A stretch of 27,026 nt of DNA from Candidatus Methylomirabilia bacterium (GCA_041496385.1 JBGQEL010000054.1:1-27026), one strand, 5' to 3'; counted from the first letter of the stretch, positions 1 through 9,247 are shown. A program made the numbers and translations. Notes: generated by a model from the letters alone, not told the origin.

Positions 1-1
1 C

Positions 2-277
2 GCGGAGCACTATCCCCCCGAAGGAAAGCTGCGCGTCTACCGCAGCCGCACGGGCGGAAACGAGTGGGAGGCGCTCACCAAGGGTCTGCCGCAACGCGAC
101 TGCTACGTCAACGTGTTGCGCGACGCGATGGCCGTCGACTCGCTCGATCCGTGCGGCGTGTACTTCGGCACCAGCGGCGGCCAGGTGTACGCGTCGGCCG
201 ATGGCGGGGACAGCTGGGCGCCCATCGTCCGCGATCTTCCGGCCGTGGTGTCGGTCGAGGTCCAAACGCTGCCATGA
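2..277 (+). CDS. BNR/Asp-box repeat beta-propeller (sialidase-like) protein, C-terminal part, 5'-truncated by window
   Basis: Frame 2 is open from the window edge: [30 protein letters not shown]...[39 protein letters not shown]. Asp-box motifs SRTGGNEW and SADGGDSW. Stop overlaps the next ATG (ATGA 274-277). Not in the ORF track. Confidence 0.85.
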   Translation, partial: AEHYPPEGKLRVYRSRTGGNEWEALTKGLPQRDCYVNVLRDAMAVDSLDPCGVYFGTSGGQVYASADGGDSWAPIVRDLPAVVSVEVQTLP

Positions 278-570
278 TCCGGGTCGTGCTCCCGGCCCAC
301 CTGCGGACGCTGGCCCGTGTCACCGGCGAGGTGAAGATCCACGTCGAGGGGCCGGTCACCCAGCGCTCCGTCCTCGACGCGCTCGAGGCCACCTATCCGA
401 TGCTGCGCGGGACGATCCGCGACCAGGTCACGCAGCAGCGCCGGGCCTTCCTCAGGATCTTCGCCTGCCAGGAGGATCTGTCCCACGAACCGCCGGATGC
501 CCCGCTGCCCGACGCGGTCGTGAGCGGCGCCGAGCCCTTTCTGGTCGTCGGCGCCATGGCCGGCGGCTAG
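274..570 (+). CDS. MoaD/ThiS family ubiquitin-like sulfur carrier protein
   Basis: [14 protein letters not shown]...VVGAMAGG*, 98 aa with C-terminal GG. Start ATG274 via ATGA overlap rather than ORF-track start 64. Confidence 0.9.
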   Translation: MIRVVLPAHLRTLARVTGEVKIHVEGPVTQRSVLDALEATYPMLRGTIRDQVTQQRRAFLRIFACQEDLSHEPPDAPLPDAVVSGAEPFLVVGAMAGG

Positions 571-579
571 TAACCGACA

Positions 580-957
<378 letters not shown>

Positions 958-997
958 CCACCTCTCACGGCGACCCGGCCAGTCCTCGTTCTGCCAC

Positions 998-1033
998 TTG
1001 ACCTATAATATAGATTTTCTATAATCTATATAA
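998..1033 (+). promoter_or_regulatory. Sigma70-type promoter with overlapping inverted-repeat operator upstream of desaturase
   Basis: TTGACC (998-1003)-N16-TATAAT (1020-1025). Perfect 9-bp IR ATATAGATT (1008-1016)/AATCTATAT (1023-1031). AT-rich island; ATG is 8 nt after the -10. Confidence 0.7.
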
Positions 1034-2170
1034 ATGAGGCGGAGCGCCCTTCTCGTGGAGTCTCCACCGACCGAAGCGCCACGGCGTCAGCCGCGGCCGC
1101 AGTTGAAATTCGCGCCCGGCAACGCCTTCCAGTTCGAGTTGCGGCGTCGGGTCGAGGAATATTTCCGAGCGACCGGCCGCCGGCCACGCGACTGCTGGCA
1201 GATGTACTTGAAGACGGCGATCCTCCTCTCCGTGTTCGCGGTGTCGTATACGTTGCTGGTCTTCGTGGACCAGACCTGGTGGCAGGGCCTCCTGCTGGCC
1301 GTGTTGCTCGGCCTTTCGGCCGCCGGGATCGGCTTCAATATCCAGCATGACGGCGGCCACCAGGCCTATTCCGACCACCCCTGGGTCAACACGCTCATGG
1401 CGAGGACGCTGGAGGTGATCGGCGGGAGCTCCCACCTGTGGCGGTGGAAGCACGGGACCCTGCATCACACGTATGTGAACATCACGGGCCACGACACCGA
1501 CATCGATCTCGGTCCCCTCGCCCGGCTGACCCCGCATCAAAGACGTCTTCCGTATCACCGATGGCAGCACCTCTACCTCTGGCCGCTCTACGGATTGCTG
1601 GCCATCAAGTGGCAGCTGGTCGACGATTTCTGGAAGCTCATCAGCGGCCGCATCAGCAACCAGCCGTTCCCGGGGCCGAAGGGCCGGGAGCTGGTGGTCT
1701 TCATCGCCGGCAAGGCGATCTTCTTCACGATGGCCTTCGGGATCCCGCTGCTGTTCCACTCCGTCGGGGTCGTCCTGTTCTACTACGTGGTCGCCGGGCT
1801 GGTGGCGGGTCTTGTCCTGAGTGTGGTGTTTCAAGTCGCCCACTGTGTGGAGGAGGCGGAGTTTCCGCTGCCCCTCGAGGACACCGGGCGCGTCGAGCGC
1901 GCCTGGGCCGTCCATCAGGCGGAAACCACCGTGAACTTCGCCCGGCGGAGTCGGGTCGTCGGATGGCTCGTCGGCGGCCTGAATTTCCAGATCGAGCACC
2001 ACCTCTTCCCCCGCCTCTGCCACGTCAACTACCCCGCGATCTCGACGCTCGTGGAAGAGACCTGTCGGGAGTTCGGGATCAAGTACTCCGAGCACAGGTC
2101 ATTCCGGGCGGGTGTCGCGTCGCATTTCCGATGGCTGCGTCGGATGGGACGGGGGCACGAAGCCTCGTAG
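1034..2170 (+). CDS. Membrane fatty acid (acyl-CoA/acyl-lipid) desaturase
   Basis: Three His boxes HDGGH, HGTLHH, QIEHH, plus GGLNFQIEHHLFP and hydrophobic segments. Confidence 0.93.
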   Translation: MRRSALLVESPPTEAPRRQPRPQLKFAPGNAFQFELRRRVEEYFRATGRRPRDCWQMYLKTAILLSVFAVSYTLLVFVDQTWWQGLLLAVLLGLSAAGIGFNIQHDGGHQAYSDHPWVNTLMARTLEVIGGSSHLWRWKHGTLHHTYVNITGHDTDIDLGPLARLTPHQRRLPYHRWQHLYLWPLYGLLAIKWQLVDDFWKLISGRISNQPFPGPKGRELVVFIAGKAIFFTMAFGIPLLFHSVGVVLFYYVVAGLVAGLVLSVVFQVAHCVEEAEFPLPLEDTGRVERAWAVHQAETTVNFARRSRVVGWLVGGLNFQIEHHLFPRLCHVNYPAISTLVEETCREFGIKYSEHRSFRAGVASHFRWLRRMGRGHEAS

Positions 2171-2180
2171 AGGCGATACG

Positions 2181-2456
2181 TCAGAATCCGTTCCGTCGCA
2201 TGCGCGTGCGGTATGTCGCCTGATACGCGGCATCCGTAACCCCCTCCGGCGCCATCCCGACGAGCTGGGGATTCGACGCCTCCACACGCAGGAAGTCCTT
2301 TGTCGTCGGTGTGGCGGTACCCGCCCGCGTCGCGGCCTGCGCGTCCGAATTGCAGGCTGCAAAATGGGCCGCCGTCGGCGTCTCTGCATGCACGCCGACC
2401 GCCGCGACGAGGCTCACCACGACGGCGCCAACAAGAATATGAATCATTGGTCGCAC
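2181..2456 (-). CDS. Small secreted hypothetical protein
   Basis: (VRP)MIHILVGAVVVSLVAAVGVHA-ETPTAAHFAACN...AAYQATYRTRMRRNGF*. Signal peptide with VHA cleavage site. AGGAG precedes GTG2456 (alternative ATG2447). Confidence 0.65.
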   Translation of the reverse strand: MRPMIHILVGAVVVSLVAAVGVHAETPTAAHFAACNSDAQAATRAGTATPTTKDFLRVEASNPQLVGMAPEGVTDAAYQATYRTRMRRNGF

Positions 2457-2478
2457 CGAGGATCTCCTGAGAGCGATT

Positions 2479-2682
2479 TCACGGCAGGCCGCCTTCCGAC
2501 TTTGCTTCGCGCGGCGGCCAGGCTCCCGCCGCGTACTCGTGCAGCGCTCGCAGCAGCACCGAGCGGAGCGTGGTCTCTTCGCGCACGGCGCGGCTGCGCG
2601 CGGCGCGCTGCAGGTCGCGCGGGATGCCATGCAGCAGGTAGATTCCCGTGACAGCGATGCGGGCAAGTACGTGACTCGGCAT
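2479..2682 (-). CDS. Small ribbon-helix-helix-like DNA-binding protein (putative)
   Basis: 67 aa; YLLHGIPRDLQRAARSRAVREETTLRSVLLRALHEY fits a strand-P-helix-helix pattern; GGGAGG RBS upstream. Confidence 0.55.
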   Translation of the reverse strand: MPSHVLARIAVTGIYLLHGIPRDLQRAARSRAVREETTLRSVLLRALHEYAAGAWPPREAKSEGGLP

Positions 2683-2708
2683 GGGCTGGCCCTCCCTTGC
2701 GATCCGGC

Positions 2709-2763
2709 TTGACTCGCGAACGATATCATAATATATATTATATAAATAGTTAGAAATATATAA
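2709..2763. promoter_or_regulatory. AT-rich divergent promoter/operator region
   Basis: TTGACT (2709-2714)-N17-TATATA. 14-bp perfect palindrome ATAATATATATTAT (2728-2741). TATAAAT-N8-ATATATA (2741-2762). Lies between divergent small genes. Confidence 0.6.
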
Positions 2764-2813
2764 CGTACCGAAGGCGGCTGGTCGGGCGTCAACCGGGCCG
2801 GCAGGAGGTGATG

Positions 2814-3101
2814 ATGCTCGAGAAGAAGACGAAAGTCCTTCTCCTGCTCTCGCAGGACGTGCTGGACCGGGCTCGGGTCTTTGCGGGGAAGGCCACGACC
2901 ACGCTCAAGCTGCCGGTGAGCCTTCAGATCGTTCTGCGGGCCCTCATCCTGGTTGGGCTGAAAGCGAAGAACCACCCGGCCATCTTCGCCAGCGTTGAAA
3001 GTCAGGCCAAGGCGGTGCGCCAGCAGCGCAGCGAGGCGCGTCGACCGGGGGCTGAGGGGGGACCGGAGGAGGCTCTGACGGGGCCGAGGTCGCGGACATG
3101 A
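2814..3101 (+). CDS. Hypothetical protein, possibly RHH-like regulator
   Basis: AGGAGG (2803-2808) precedes ATG2814 (ATG2811 also possible). MLEKKTKVLLLLSQDVLDRARVFAG...VSLQIVLRALI resembles a basic strand plus two helices. Confidence 0.6.
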   Translation: MLEKKTKVLLLLSQDVLDRARVFAGKATTTLKLPVSLQIVLRALILVGLKAKNHPAIFASVESQAKAVRQQRSEARRPGAEGGPEEALTGPRSRT

Positions 3102-3204
3102 GGGAGCGCTCCGGTGCCGAGACGAGTCGGAGGGAAAGGGTTCTGCCGGACAAACGGACGATGCCCCGGCGCTGACGCTCAGCCCCCGGGCAAGGGAGAC
3201 GACG

Positions 3205-3756
3205 ATGGGAAAGTGGATCGGGGCGACCACGCTGGTCGCGGTCGTGGCCGTGACGACACTCGGATGCGCGCAGGGGCCGTCGGCCTCGGCGGCGGCGATC
3301 GAAGACAAGATCTACGCCGTGACGCCGGCCTCGGTCGTGGTGAAGGCTGGCGCGCTCACGGGCGAGCTCATGGACATGAAGGTGACGGAGCGGGTGGAGA
3401 AGGGTTCGGAGCGGGTCGTGTCGGCCGCGAAGCTGACGGGGACCCTGAAGCTCAAGAACACGTCGGCGAACCAGTCGGTGCGGTTGGTCGCGGGCAAGAT
3501 CCTGTATATCGACGGGCAGGGGCGGGCGATCAAGCTCGAGGAGACGCGGGGCGAGCCGCTGGTCAAGTTCACGGCGTACAACAACGAGCGGCTGGACCCC
3601 GGGCAGGACGCGAGCCAGGCGGTGGACGTGGAGTTTCCCGCCGCGGCACTGAAGGCGAAGGCGCTGAAGGAGATCCGCCTGGAGCTGGCGTACATCCCGT
3701 CGCCGTATCAGGAGCAGGTCGTGAACCTGACCGTCTCGATCGGCGAGGGGAAGTGA
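3205..3756 (+). CDS. Hypothetical lipoprotein (beta-rich)
   Basis: Signal MGKWIGATTLVAVVAVTTLG-C with lipobox; GGGAGA RBS; strong GC3 codon bias. Confidence 0.85.
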   Translation: MGKWIGATTLVAVVAVTTLGCAQGPSASAAAIEDKIYAVTPASVVVKAGALTGELMDMKVTERVEKGSERVVSAAKLTGTLKLKNTSANQSVRLVAGKILYIDGQGRAIKLEETRGEPLVKFTAYNNERLDPGQDASQAVDVEFPAAALKAKALKEIRLELAYIPSPYQEQVVNLTVSIGEGK

Positions 3757-4112
3757 ATCACGGCGGAGGTGGCTCTTACCTCGACGAGCTTCGCACGCGG
3801 GGCCGGATGACGTGGACCGCCGAGGAGCGCGGGTGGGTCGCGGCGCCGGAGGACATCGTGATGGCGCTCGCGAAGGACGGCTTCGAGGAATGCAAGCGCG
3901 AGATGACGACGAGCCGGCGCGATCTCCGACCGGCCGGCGGCGTCTGGCAGGGCGTCAATGCACGCACGGGAACGGTGGCCTCGGCGATCTGGGTGAATCG
4001 CCCCGGGTGGCAGGAGGCGATCGTGTTCATCGGTATCGACGGGGAGTCGTTCGGGAGCCCGGCACCCTCGGCGGCGCTCCAGCGCGATCTCTACAGAGAG
4101 GACGGCGGGTGA
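3753..4112 (+). CDS. Hypothetical protein
   Basis: GTGA overlap with the lipoprotein stop. VNHGGGGSYLDELRTRGRMTW...GGVWQGVNARTGTVASAIWVN, about 119 aa, Trp-rich and protein-like. Confidence 0.7.
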   Translation: MNHGGGGSYLDELRTRGRMTWTAEERGWVAAPEDIVMALAKDGFEECKREMTTSRRDLRPAGGVWQGVNARTGTVASAIWVNRPGWQEAIVFIGIDGESFGSPAPSAALQRDLYREDGG

Positions 4113-4339
4113 AGGTCAGAACGCCGGCCGAAGAAGCGGTGGCGGACGCAGCGGTCGCTTCAGAACAGTGGTGGACTGAGCTTGACGACGCCGTCCTCGC
4201 CTGTATCAGACAGCCCGGCGGGATGAGCGCAGCGGAGCTTGGCCGCCGGCTCGGCATGTCGGAAGCTGCGGCCAGCTCCGTGCTCGGCATGCTCGCCCGA
4301 GAAGGCCGTGTCCGTATTCTTCGCGTCGAGGCCGCATGA
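4109..4339 (+). CDS. Small winged helix-turn-helix protein
   Basis: GTGA overlap. WWTELDDAVLACIRQPGGMSAAELGRRLGMSEAAASSVLGMLAREGRVRI is a typical wHTH pattern; 76 aa. Confidence 0.75.
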   Translation: MKVRTPAEEAVADAAVASEQWWTELDDAVLACIRQPGGMSAAELGRRLGMSEAAASSVLGMLAREGRVRILRVEAA

Positions 4340-4812
4340 TCCCGGAGGTCGTCGTCCAGGGTTTGCTCCCACCCTCAGCGGCGATGGAGGACACGACCTA
4401 CACGGTCACGCCGGTGTCGGTGAAGGTGGAGGGCGCCGTCGTCGCCGGCGAGATGGCGGACATCCAGGTCGTGACACGGGGCGAGTCGAGGCTGACGGGA
4501 ACGCTCAGGCTCCGAAACACCTCGGAGAGTCACAGCGTCCGGCTCGTGTCGGCGAGGATCCAGTTTCTCGACGACCAGTGGCGCCCGCTGAATCTCGCGG
4601 ACGCCCGGATGAATGCGAGCTTCACGTTCGACGCATACGGCAGCGATCGGCTCGACCCCGGGCAGGAGACGGTCCAGCTCGTGGACGTCGCGTGCCCCGC
4701 ACAGGCGCTCGAGCCCGGAACGCTCAAGGGACTGCGCCTCGCGCTCGCCTACGTCCTGTCCCCCTACCGGGAAGAGATCATCAGTTTCGCGGTGTCCGTC
4801 CGAAGCCACTAA
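4336..4812 (+). CDS. Hypothetical protein, signal-less paralog of lipoprotein 3205-3756
   Basis: ATGA overlap. Shares EDxxYxVTP, LTGTLxLxNTS, SVRLV, RLDPGQ and AYxxSPY with the lipoprotein. Confidence 0.8.
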   Translation: MIPEVVVQGLLPPSAAMEDTTYTVTPVSVKVEGAVVAGEMADIQVVTRGESRLTGTLRLRNTSESHSVRLVSARIQFLDDQWRPLNLADARMNASFTFDAYGSDRLDPGQETVQLVDVACPAQALEPGTLKGLRLALAYVLSPYREEIISFAVSVRSH

Positions 4813-4901
4813 CGAGAGGCAGCGCGACACCGCGGCAGACTCCTGCCGCGCCCGTCGGGTATGATCCTCCGTGTCGTGTGCCTGGGCTTGGCGGGATCAC
4901 C

Positions 4902-6158
4902 ATGACGGTGCACGGTGGCGTGGTCGCGATGTGTGCGGCGCAAGCCTGCGCGCAGATCGGCGCGTTCAGCGTCGCAGCGCTGATCCCGACGCTCATCGCC
5001 GCCTGGTCGCTCACCAACACCGACGCCGGCTGGATCAGCGGCATCTACTACGCGGCCTACACCCTGGTCGTGCCCCTCCTCTCGTCACTGACCGATCGCG
5101 TGGATGCCAAGCGCATCTACCTCGGCTCCGTCGCGCTCACGGCTCTGGCCCTCGCCGGGTTCGCGTGGATCGCGACAGGTTTCTGGTCGGCGCTCGCATT
5201 CCGGGCATTGATGGGCGTCGGTTGGGCCGGCAGCTACATGCCCGGCCTCAAGGCGCTGAGCGACCTCGCCGAAGGCTCGCAGCAGTCGCGGGCCGTCGCC
5301 GCGCACGCGGCCGCGGTCGGCGTCAGCGGGGCGCTCTCGTTCGGTGTCGCCGGCGCCGTCAACGCGTGGCTCGGTTGGCGGTGGGCCCTGGTGCCGGGCG
5401 CGCTCGGCGCCGCGCTGGCGTTCGCGCTCGTGCTGATCGGCGTGCCGGGCCGTGCGCCGCGCGTCTCGCTCGAGCAGCGCGGCCCGCTGCTCGACTTCCG
5501 TCCGATCCTCCGCAACCGGTCGGCGCTCGCCTACTCGCTCGCGTACTGCGTGCACACGTGGGAGATGTCGGCGCTCAGGGCGTGGGTCGTCGCGTTCCTC
5601 ACGTTCTCGGCGGCGCAGAGTGCCGGCGCGTGGACACCGCTCGCGCCCGCGACCGTCGCGAGCGTGATGGGGCTGCTCGGCGTGTGGGCCAGCGTGTGGG
5701 GCAACGAGCTGGCGATCCGGCTCGGCCGGCGCCCGTTCATCGTCGGCACGATGCTCGCCTCGGCCGCGATGGCCGGCGTGATCGGTTTCAGCGCCGCGCT
5801 CCCCTACGCGGGCGCGGCGGCGCTGGTGCTCGTCTACGCGATGCTGATCTGGTCGGACTCCTCGTCGCTGACCGCGGGCAGCGCCGGGAGCGCGGAGCCC
5901 GGCCGGCGTGGCGCGACGCTGGCCGTCCACTCGACACTCGGCTACGCCGGCGGCTTCCTCGGGCCGCTCGCCCTCGGCGCGACCCTCGATCTCTTCGGCG
6001 GTGCCAGCGTCATCGGCTGGGGCGTCGCGTTCGGCCACGTCACGCTTGCGCTGCTCGCCGGCGTCCTCGCGTTCGTATGGCTGCGCCCAGCCGATCTGGC
6101 CGGGGACCGTCCGACGGGCGCGGCACAGCGTGCGGCCGGCGGCGCCCCGCGCGTGTGA
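4902..6158 (+). CDS. MFS transporter
   Basis: About 12 hydrophobic helices; motif-A-like SSLTDRVDAKR and second-half LAIRLGRR. Start ATG4902 chosen over the long ORF-track extension. Confidence 0.9.
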   Translation: MTVHGGVVAMCAAQACAQIGAFSVAALIPTLIAAWSLTNTDAGWISGIYYAAYTLVVPLLSSLTDRVDAKRIYLGSVALTALALAGFAWIATGFWSALAFRALMGVGWAGSYMPGLKALSDLAEGSQQSRAVAAHAAAVGVSGALSFGVAGAVNAWLGWRWALVPGALGAALAFALVLIGVPGRAPRVSLEQRGPLLDFRPILRNRSALAYSLAYCVHTWEMSALRAWVVAFLTFSAAQSAGAWTPLAPATVASVMGLLGVWASVWGNELAIRLGRRPFIVGTMLASAAMAGVIGFSAALPYAGAAALVLVYAMLIWSDSSSLTAGSAGSAEPGRRGATLAVHSTLGYAGGFLGPLALGATLDLFGGASVIGWGVAFGHVTLALLAGVLAFVWLRPADLAGDRPTGAAQRAAGGAPRV

Positions 6159-6212
6159 GGGGCCGATGGTATTGATGGGCCGAGGCTCGACGAGGCGTGT
6201 AAACTCCGCCTC

Positions 6213-7442
6213 GTGACCGGAGATCCGATAGGGGCCCTCGCGGGCGTTCGTATTCTGGATCTGAGTCGCGTCCTCGCCGGCCCATCCTGTACCCAGCTGC
6301 TCGGCGATCTCGGCGCCGACGTGGTGAAGGTCGAACGGCCCGGCGTCGGGGATGAAACGCGTCTGTGGGGGCCGCCGTTTCTCAAGGACGCCGGCGGCAA
6401 GGACACCACCGAGAGCGGCTACTACCTGAGCACGAACCGCAACAAGCGATCGATCGCCATCAACTTCGCCGACCCGGAAGGTGCTGGGCTGGTGCGACGA
6501 CTGCTTCCCGGCTTCGATGTCCTCATCGAGAACTTCAAGGTCGGAGGACTGCAGGAATACGGTCTCGGCTACGCGCAGCTCCGTCCCGAGTTCCCGCGCC
6601 TGGTCTACTGCTCGATCACGGGGTTCGGACAGACGGGACCCGACGCGGCTCGCCCTGGGTACGACATGATGGCGCAAGGCGCCGGGGGCATCATGAGCGT
6701 CACCGGGGACCCGGACCGCCCGCCGGTGAAGGTCGGCGTGGCGGTGAATGACGTCATCACGGGCCTGTACACGGCGGTCGCGCTCTTGAGCGCGCTCCGA
6801 CATCGCGACCTCCGCGGCGTCGGCCAGCAGATCGACATAGGCCTGCTCGACGTGCAAGTCGCGTGGCTCTTCAACGTCGGCATGAACTACCTCCTTTCCG
6901 GGCGCGTGCCCGGCCGGCTGGGCACCGCCCATCCCAACACGGTGCCCTACCAGGTGTTTCCCTCGAGCGATGGGTACTACATCCTGGGCGCCAACAACGA
7001 TCATCAGTTCCGCCGTTACTGTGGCTTCGCGGGTATGCCCGAGCTTGCCGACGACCCCCGATTCGCGACCAACGCCGCGCGCGTCGCGAACCGTGACGAG
7101 CTCGTGCGGATGATTTCCGACGTGTCGCGCAAGCAGCCGACGCACTACTGGCTCGAAGGCCTGGGACGCATGGGCTTGCCCTGCGGCCCCGTCAACACCA
7201 TCGATCAGGTCTTTGCGGATCCACAGGTGAATCACCGGAACATGAAGATCACCATGTCGCGCCCGCCGGACCAAGGCGGGACGTTCCCGCTCATCGGCAA
7301 TCCGTTGAAGCTCTCGGAGACTCCCGTGACCTACCGTCTACCGCCGCCACGGCTCGGTGAGCACACCGACGAGGTGCTGGAGGAGCTCCTGGGGCTCACG
7401 GCCTCCGACCGGGACGGCCTGCGTCGACGGGGTGTCATCTAG
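6213..7442 (+). CDS. CaiB/BaiF family III CoA-transferase
   Basis: LAGVRILDLSRVLAGP, LGDLGADVVKVERP, NRNKRS, ENF, SITGFGQTGP, GYD, PPPRLGEHT. Confidence 0.95.
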   Translation: MTGDPIGALAGVRILDLSRVLAGPSCTQLLGDLGADVVKVERPGVGDETRLWGPPFLKDAGGKDTTESGYYLSTNRNKRSIAINFADPEGAGLVRRLLPGFDVLIENFKVGGLQEYGLGYAQLRPEFPRLVYCSITGFGQTGPDAARPGYDMMAQGAGGIMSVTGDPDRPPVKVGVAVNDVITGLYTAVALLSALRHRDLRGVGQQIDIGLLDVQVAWLFNVGMNYLLSGRVPGRLGTAHPNTVPYQVFPSSDGYYILGANNDHQFRRYCGFAGMPELADDPRFATNAARVANRDELVRMISDVSRKQPTHYWLEGLGRMGLPCGPVNTIDQVFADPQVNHRNMKITMSRPPDQGGTFPLIGNPLKLSETPVTYRLPPPRLGEHTDEVLEELLGLTASDRDGLRRRGVI

Positions 7443-7461
7443 CCATGAAGAGACCGGGTCG

Positions 7462-8202
7462 GTGACGGTCAGCGTCCGGTTCGTGGGATCCGGGGACTCG
7501 TTCGGAAGCGGCGGTCGGTTCCAGACCTGCATTCTGGTGGACGGTCCCGCGAGCCGCTTCGCGATCGATTTCGGCACTTCATCCCTCATCGCGCTCACGC
7601 AGCAGGGGATCGAGCACAACACGATCGACGCCGTCCTGCTGACTCATCTGCACGCGGACCACTGCGGAGGCGTCCCCTTCCTTCTCATGGACGCCATGCT
7701 GTCCGCGAAGCGCACGCGCCCGCTCACCATCGCGGGGCCCAAGGACCTCCGAGCTCGGATGTCGCAGCTCGCCGAGGCCCTCTTCCCCGGTATGCATGTG
7801 ATGACGCCCAAGTTCCCGCTGGAGTACGTCGAGCTCGAGGTGGGAACGGCCAACCGCGTGCTGGATCTCGTCGTGACGCCGCAGGCCGCCCGGCACACGG
7901 CGGAGACGCATCCGACCGCATTGCGCGTCCAGGTCGGGGACAGGGTGGTCGCGTATACGGGCGATGGCGAGTGGACCGAGGACCTCGCGAAGATCGGCCT
8001 GGACGCCGACCTGCTGATCGCCGAGTGCTACTACTATGCGAAACCCGTGAAGTGGCACCTCAACTACCCCGTGCTGGCCGAACACCTCAAGGATTTCGGC
8101 GCCAGGCGCGTGATCCTGACACATATGAGTCGCGAGATGCTGGCCCACGTGGACGAGGTTCCCCAGCAGTGCGCGTGGGACGGCCTGGTGGTCGACCTGT
8201 AG
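7462..8202 (+). CDS. MBL-fold metallo-hydrolase (RNase Z/BN-like)
   Basis: FVGSGDSFGSGGRFQTC, THLHADH, AYTGD, HL, LTH motifs; start GTG7462 inferred. Confidence 0.9.
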   Translation: MTVSVRFVGSGDSFGSGGRFQTCILVDGPASRFAIDFGTSSLIALTQQGIEHNTIDAVLLTHLHADHCGGVPFLLMDAMLSAKRTRPLTIAGPKDLRARMSQLAEALFPGMHVMTPKFPLEYVELEVGTANRVLDLVVTPQAARHTAETHPTALRVQVGDRVVAYTGDGEWTEDLAKIGLDADLLIAECYYYAKPVKWHLNYPVLAEHLKDFGARRVILTHMSREMLAHVDEVPQQCAWDGLVVDL

Positions 8203-8213
8203 CCGCGGGAGCC

Positions 8214-8633
8214 ATGCGTGAGCGGATCCTCGTGCTGTGCACGCACAACTCTGCCAGGAGTCAGATGGCGGAGGGCTTCTTTCGCTCGCTCGCGGGCGAA
8301 CGCGTGACCGTCGAGAGCGCCGGGACCGAGGCGACCCGGGTCAACCCACTCGCCATCCGGGCGATGGCCGAAGTCGGTATCGACCTGCGCGGGCATACCT
8401 CGAAGACCCTCGATGGCTTTCTGGGGGAGCCCTGGGACTACGTCATCACGGTCTGTGACCACGCGAACGAGCGCTGTCCCGTGTTCCCCGGCCGCGCGGC
8501 GCGGATTCACTGGAGCTTCGAAGATCCATCCGCCGCTACCGGCACCGAGGGGGAACGGCTGGCCGTGTTCCGCCGCGTGCGCGACCAGGTCGGAGAACGG
8601 ATTCGCGCGTGGATCGCGGACGCCAAGCGCTGA
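8214..8633 (+). CDS. arsC: Arsenate reductase ArsC (LMW-PTPase/thioredoxin type)
   Basis: ILVLCTHNSARSQMAEG (CX5R), resolving Cys pair in VITVCDHANERCPVFPG, and WSFEDP. Confidence 0.9.
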   Translation: MRERILVLCTHNSARSQMAEGFFRSLAGERVTVESAGTEATRVNPLAIRAMAEVGIDLRGHTSKTLDGFLGEPWDYVITVCDHANERCPVFPGRAARIHWSFEDPSAATGTEGERLAVFRRVRDQVGERIRAWIADAKR

Positions 8634-9247
8634 TGGAGACCCTGACCGCATTTCTCGATCGGCTGGCGAGCGCCGACCCAACGCCCGGGGGAGGGGCCGC
8701 GGCGGCGCTGACGGGGGCGATGGCGGCGGCCCTGGTCTCCATGGCGTGCCGGGTCACGAATCGCCGCGCTCCGTCCGAGGCGCTCGTCGCCGTGGCGAAC
8801 GACGCGGAACACCTGCGTCGCCGGCTGTTGACGTTGATGAAGGAGGACATCGAGGCCTACGAGTCGGTACTGGAATCTCGCCGGGCGGAGCCCGACCGGC
8901 GCGGGGCGCTGATGCAGGCCGCGCTGCGGCGGGCGACCACGGTGCCCCTGGACACGGCCAGCGCCGTCGAGGATGTGCTGGAGCTCTGCGCGACGACCCT
9001 CGACGGCGTGCGCGCGAGCACGATTGGAGACCTCGGGGTCGCGGTGGCTCTGGGCGGCGCCGCCCTCGACGCGGCGATGCTCACCGCGCGGATCAATCTC
9101 CGGGAGATCGCGGACGAGGACTTCGCGACGGCGGCACGGGGCGCCCTCGCACGGCTGGCGAGCGGCGCGGCCGCCGGGCGCGGACTGGCCCGACGCGTCG
9201 AGGCCCGCGCGCGCCTCGCCGACGCGGAGGGTGGAGGCTCGACTTGA
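8633..9247 (+). CDS. Cyclodeaminase/cyclohydrolase (FTCD C-terminal domain/FchA-like) family protein
   Basis: METLTAFLDRLASADPTPGGGAAAALTGAMAAALVSM, ED..AY, ATTVPL, D, INL. TGATG coupling with arsC. Confidence 0.88.
   Translation: METLTAFLDRLASADPTPGGGAAAALTGAMAAALVSMACRVTNRRAPSEALVAVANDAEHLRRRLLTLMKEDIEAYESVLESRRAEPDRRGALMQAALRRATTVPLDTASAVEDVLELCATTLDGVRASTIGDLGVAVALGGAALDAAMLTARINLREIADEDFATAARGALARLASGAAAGRGLARRVEARARLADAEGGGST

Noticed and set aside
4239..4901. Long N-terminal extensions in the ORF track (MFS from 4239; also 64, 3114, 3812, 7357, 7971, 9645, 12363, 18942, 20924, 25331)
   Set aside because: The extensions overlap upstream genes in another frame and are Arg/Pro/Gly-rich noise; downstream starts with RBS or stop-start overlap were used.
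4902..7442. MFS as an ArsK/ArsJ-like arsenic exporter and CoA-transferase as an arsenobetaine enzyme
   Set aside because: Only proximity supports this; there is no diagnostic motif or ArsR-type operator.
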